A stretch of 40,675 nucleotides of DNA from Macrostomum lignano (lineage: Eukaryota). The notes under the pieces are model-generated. The model did not search any database, was not told the DNA's origin, and worked only from the letters and a program-made list of their open reading frames with translations. Each line of letters starts with the position of its first letter. Within the stretch, counting starts at the first letter, position 1. Shown one piece after another: positions 39,009-40,675 of the stretch. Both the position numbers and the translations under genes were made by a program. The DNA is taken from contig NIVC01003762.1 in NCBI GenBank assembly GCA_002269645.1, positions 1 through 40,675 on the forward strand, in the 5' to 3' direction.

Positions 39009-40675
39009 CTAGTGAATGAAGACGCTGTCGTCTTCAAAGGTGGGACGATGGTATATATTGTGTTTTTATCCTTTTATGGCTATGACATATGCCCCTGGCA
39101 TTAGTTAGTCTAGTGGTCTAGTGGGGGGCTGGCCGCCCCACGCCCCTGGCATTAGTTAGTCTAGTGGTATAGTGGGGGGCTGGCCGCCCCCACGCCCCTG
39201 GCATTAGTTAGTCTAGTGGTATAGTGGGGGCTGGCCGCCCCCCACGCTCCTGGCATTAGTTAGTCTAGTGGTATAGTGGGGGGCTGGCCGCCACCCACGC
39301 CCTGGCATTAGTTAGTCTAGTGGTATAGTGGGGGGCTGGCCGCCCCCCAGCCCCTGGCATTAGTTTTTCTAGTGGTACGCTAGTATAGTGGGGGGCTTGC
39401 CGCCCCCACGCCCCTGGCATTAGTTAGTCTAGTGGTATAGTGGGGGGGGGCTGGCCCCCCCACGCCCCTGGCATTAGTTAGTCTAGTGGTATAGTGGGGC
39501 TAGCCGCCCCCACGCCCCGGGCATTAGTTAGTCTAGTGGTATAGTGGGGGCTGGCCGCCCCCCACGCCCCTGGCATTAGTTAGTCTAGTGGTATAGTGGG
39601 GGGCTGGCCGCCCCCACGCCCCTGGCATTAGTTAGTCTAGTGGTATAGTGGGGGGCTGGCCGCCCCCACGCCCCTGGCATTAGTTAGTCTAGTGGTATAG
39701 TGGGGGGCTAGCCGCCCCCCACGCCCCTGGCATTAGTTCTTCTAGTGGTACGCTCGTATAGTGGGGGGGCTGCCGCCCCCCACGCCCCTGGCATTAGTTA
39801 GTCTAGTGGTATAGTGGGGGGCTGGCCGCCCCCACGCCCCTGGCATTAGTTAGTCTAGTGGTGTAGTGGGGGGCTGGCCCCCCCACGCCCCTGGCATTAG
39901 TTAGTCTAGTGGTAGCGTGGGGGGCTTGCCGCCCCCCACGCCCCTGGCATTAGTTAGTCTAGTGGTATAGTGGGGGCTGGCCGCCCCCCACGCCCCTGGC
40001 ATTAGTTAGTCTAGTGGTATAGTGGGGGCTGGCCGCCCCCACGCCCCTGGCATTAGTTAGTCTAGTGGTATAGTGGGGGCTTGCCTGCCCCCACGCCCCT
40101 GGCATTAGTTAGTCTAGTGGTATAGTGGGGGCTTGCCGCCCCCCACGCCCCTGGCATTAGTTAGTCTAGTGGTATAGTGGGGGCTGGCCGCCCCCCACGC
40201 CCCTGGCATTAGTTTTTCTAGTCTACGCTCGTGTATAGTAGGGGGCTGGCCGCCCCCCACGCCCCTGGCATTAGTTTTTCTAGTGGTACACTCGTATAGT
40301 GGGGGGCTTGCGCCGCCCCCCCACGCCCCTGGCATTAGTTAGTCTAGTGGTATAGTGGGGGGCTGGCCGCCCCCCCACGCCCCTGGCATTAGTTAGTCTA
40401 GTGGTATAGTGGGGGCTGGCCGCCCCCACGCCCCTGGCATTAGTTAGTCTAGTGGTATAGTGGGGGGCTGGCGCCCCCACGCCCTGGCATTAGTTAGTCT
40501 AGTGGTATAGTGGGGGCTGGCCGCCCCCACGCCCCTGGCATTAGTTAGTCTAGGTATAGTGGGGGGCTGGCCGCCCCCCCACGCTCCTGGCCATTAGTTA
40601 GTCTAGTGTATAGTGGAAGGCTGGCCGCCGCCCCCACGACCCCGCTCCCCCACCCCTCCCGCGCGTTGTTGTTGT
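39009..40675 (-). mobile_element. Second tandem copy of the same Helentron-like element (runs off the right edge)
   Basis: Same CTAG (39009-12), hairpin (39018-35), subTIR (39040-50), similar leader, 53-bp array, and start of the 89-bp unit at about 40620. Confidence 0.75.
39084..40620. repeat. Second array of the 53-bp satellite, about 28 copies
   Basis: Same monomer as 33677-36595. Confidence 0.98.

Noticed and set aside
35486-40480. MPGAWG.../HYTTRL repeat ORFs on the minus strand
   Set aside because: Frame-shifting translations of the 53-bp and 89-bp satellites.

Overview
Eukaryotic (metazoan) genomic DNA; the GC-rich exons and satellite-packed introns suggest a flatworm such as Macrostomum (inference only). 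Most of the window (about 1.8-30.6 kb, + strand) is one large polycystin-1-like gene, reconstructed by hand as 27 phase-consistent GT-AG exons (about 3,500 aa; the 5' end lies upstream of the window). Domain order is WSC, several PKD, REJ, GAIN/GPS (HL|TSF), TM1, PLAT, 10 further TMs with TOP domain, coiled-coil tail. Two apparent 1-nt homopolymer frameshifts may be assembly errors. An intronless RPS11 (uS17) CDS lies convergently on the - strand (32480-32926). Introns carry about ten unrelated tandem repeats, two tRNA-derived SINE families, a mariner remnant with a 75-bp fold-back and a MITE. The most interesting elements are two. (1) A 1.8-kb Penelope-like element in a (GA)n tract, encoding a GIY-YIG nuclease but no reverse transcriptase, with permuted motif order, a hammerhead-like motif and a U UUA AAC slippery site joining its two ORFs. 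(2) Head-to-tail Helentron/DINE-like elements (33565 to the window end) whose internal 53-bp satellite monomers each mimic a Helitron 3' end (hairpin, 9 nt, CTAG).
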